In this document: positions 63,301 through 64,000 of the stretch, piece by piece
Numbering within the stretch: the stretch's first letter is position 1
Layout: the number at the start of each line of letters is the position of its first letter
Origin: Pavona decussata
Lineage: Eukaryota
Length of the DNA: 64,000 nucleotides
Direction: 5' to 3'
NCBI GenBank assembly: GCA_977016875.1
Contig: CDRNST010000244.1
Location: forward strand, 62,001 to 126,000
Translations under genes and position numbers: made by a program
The notes under the pieces: model-generated
What the model saw: the letters and a program-made list of their open reading frames with translations, nothing else
Databases searched by the model: none
What the model was told of the DNA's origin: nothing

Positions 63301-63486
63301 GTAATCGGAAGGTCTTAGGTTCGACTCCTGTTGGGAAGAACTCTAATTTTCTTTTTCCGATTGTGTCTGTTTCACTGACTGAAAATTTCATCGATCATAA
63401 CATAATTTTTCTTTATCATTTGTTGCTTACAGAGATGAGCTGGAGGATTCTCAAAGACAAGTGTCGGAGCTGGAGGCCAAGTTAAG
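57340..63486 (+). CDS. SDCCAG8: SDCCAG8-like centrosomal coiled-coil protein, first nine coding exons; continues beyond the window
   Basis: In-frame GT-AG exons 57340-57388, 57725-57832, 58278-58360, 59359-59490, 59994-60119, 60698-61027, 61558-61611, 62050-62114 and 63433-63486. Motifs YQKVVRERASQSL, AVTRLKTLL, LQHLEGQVEFYKDALESLKQRAQLVINENE follow the SDCCAG8 N-terminus in order. Confidence 0.8.
58710..59121. mobile_element. Harbinger-type MITE with TTA target-site duplication
   Basis: TIR GGCCCAGTTCAGACGCCGAACTTTTCATGAGCC; TTA at 58707-58709 and 59122-59124; internal extra copies of the terminus. Confidence 0.85.
62170..62345 (+). repeat. SINE fragment (tRNA-derived; related copy at about 40820-41000)
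   Basis: GGCCCGGGTTCAATTC B-box followed by GGGTTCTCCGGTTCCCCCCTCTTCTCAAAAACCAACATTTCTAAATTC body. Confidence 0.6.
63052..63388. repeat. Inverted pair of tRNA-Thr-derived units
   Basis: Minus-strand copy at about 63052-63180 and plus-strand copy at about 63250-63388 (GTAGCTCAGTGGTAGAGCATCCGAATTTGTAATCGGAAGGTCTTAGGTTCGACTCC). Confidence 0.7.
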
Positions 63487-64000
63487 GTGACTCTTGATAC
63501 AAACAAGATAAAACTGTTCAACCAGTTTGATCAACAATCGTTGTAAAATGATAGGAACTATTAGACGCAAAGTATTCACGTTAAACTCATATCAGTAGCG
63601 TCACTCCTTTCAGTTTTGCCTGTTCTTAGACCCAGGACCCAGTTGTTCAATGGGTGGATAACTTTATTTCCTGGATAGGTTGCTTTCCGGACAAATTGAA
63701 GAACAGCTCCCCTATAAGGCTCGTTTACCAGCCTACTCCCCGATAAACCTGTCGGGCAATTGTCGGTAAACGTCGGTCGCCGACAAGCTGCCGACAGTGG
63801 ATAGAGTTATCTGCTCCTTGAACAACCAGAGCCGGGAATGTGCAGTATAAATTTTCCTTTTCTGTAAGAACTATCCCAGGAATGCTCCCTTATCAACTCT
63901 GTACTTGACTGCGAGCAGTCGTACTTTCCTCCTCGGCATCACGTGCGGAAAGCGACATTAAAATTATGCAAATTAGAATAGTGAAAGAGGAGGCGGCTCG

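Noticed and set aside
3010-63388. Functional tRNA genes at 3010, 21840 and 63270
   Set aside because: Acceptor or anticodon stems are imperfect, and the copies are embedded in longer shared repeat sequence.

Overview
Eukaryotic, intron-rich genomic DNA from an invertebrate animal. The repeat families and gene types suggest a cnidarian, probably a stony coral (inference). Conserved genes: the last six coding exons of ATG2 (+, 257-4727), a disrupted intronless class A GPCR (-, 10028-10982), EXOG (-, 53433-57152, with a 1-nt frame break in exon 1), and the first nine exons of an SDCCAG8-like gene (+, from 57340), head-to-head with EXOG. The main discovery is a cluster at 17-51 kb of three related type II membrane-protein genes. 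Two convergent paralogues (gene A on +, gene B on -) encode a coiled coil, exactly 29 Gly-X-Y triplets and an unrecognised 6-Cys C-terminal domain in six constant exons. These constant exons are preceded by arrays of alternative first exons (three in A, two in B). Each first exon encodes a different cytoplasmic tail with its own tyrosine motifs plus the transmembrane helix, and each ends in a phase-1 donor matching the first constant exon. This resembles a clustered-protocadherin or UGT1 layout, except that the signalling tail varies and the ectodomain is shared. A third paralogue (gene C) has a tyrosine-free tail and no collagen or C-terminal domain, making it a possible decoy chain. Introns and intergenic DNA hold many MITEs (Tc1/pogo-, Harbinger-, piggyBac- and Kolobok-like), tRNA-derived repeats and hammerhead-ribozyme-like repeats. 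All exon models were assembled by eye from GT/AG sites and reading frames and lack transcript support.
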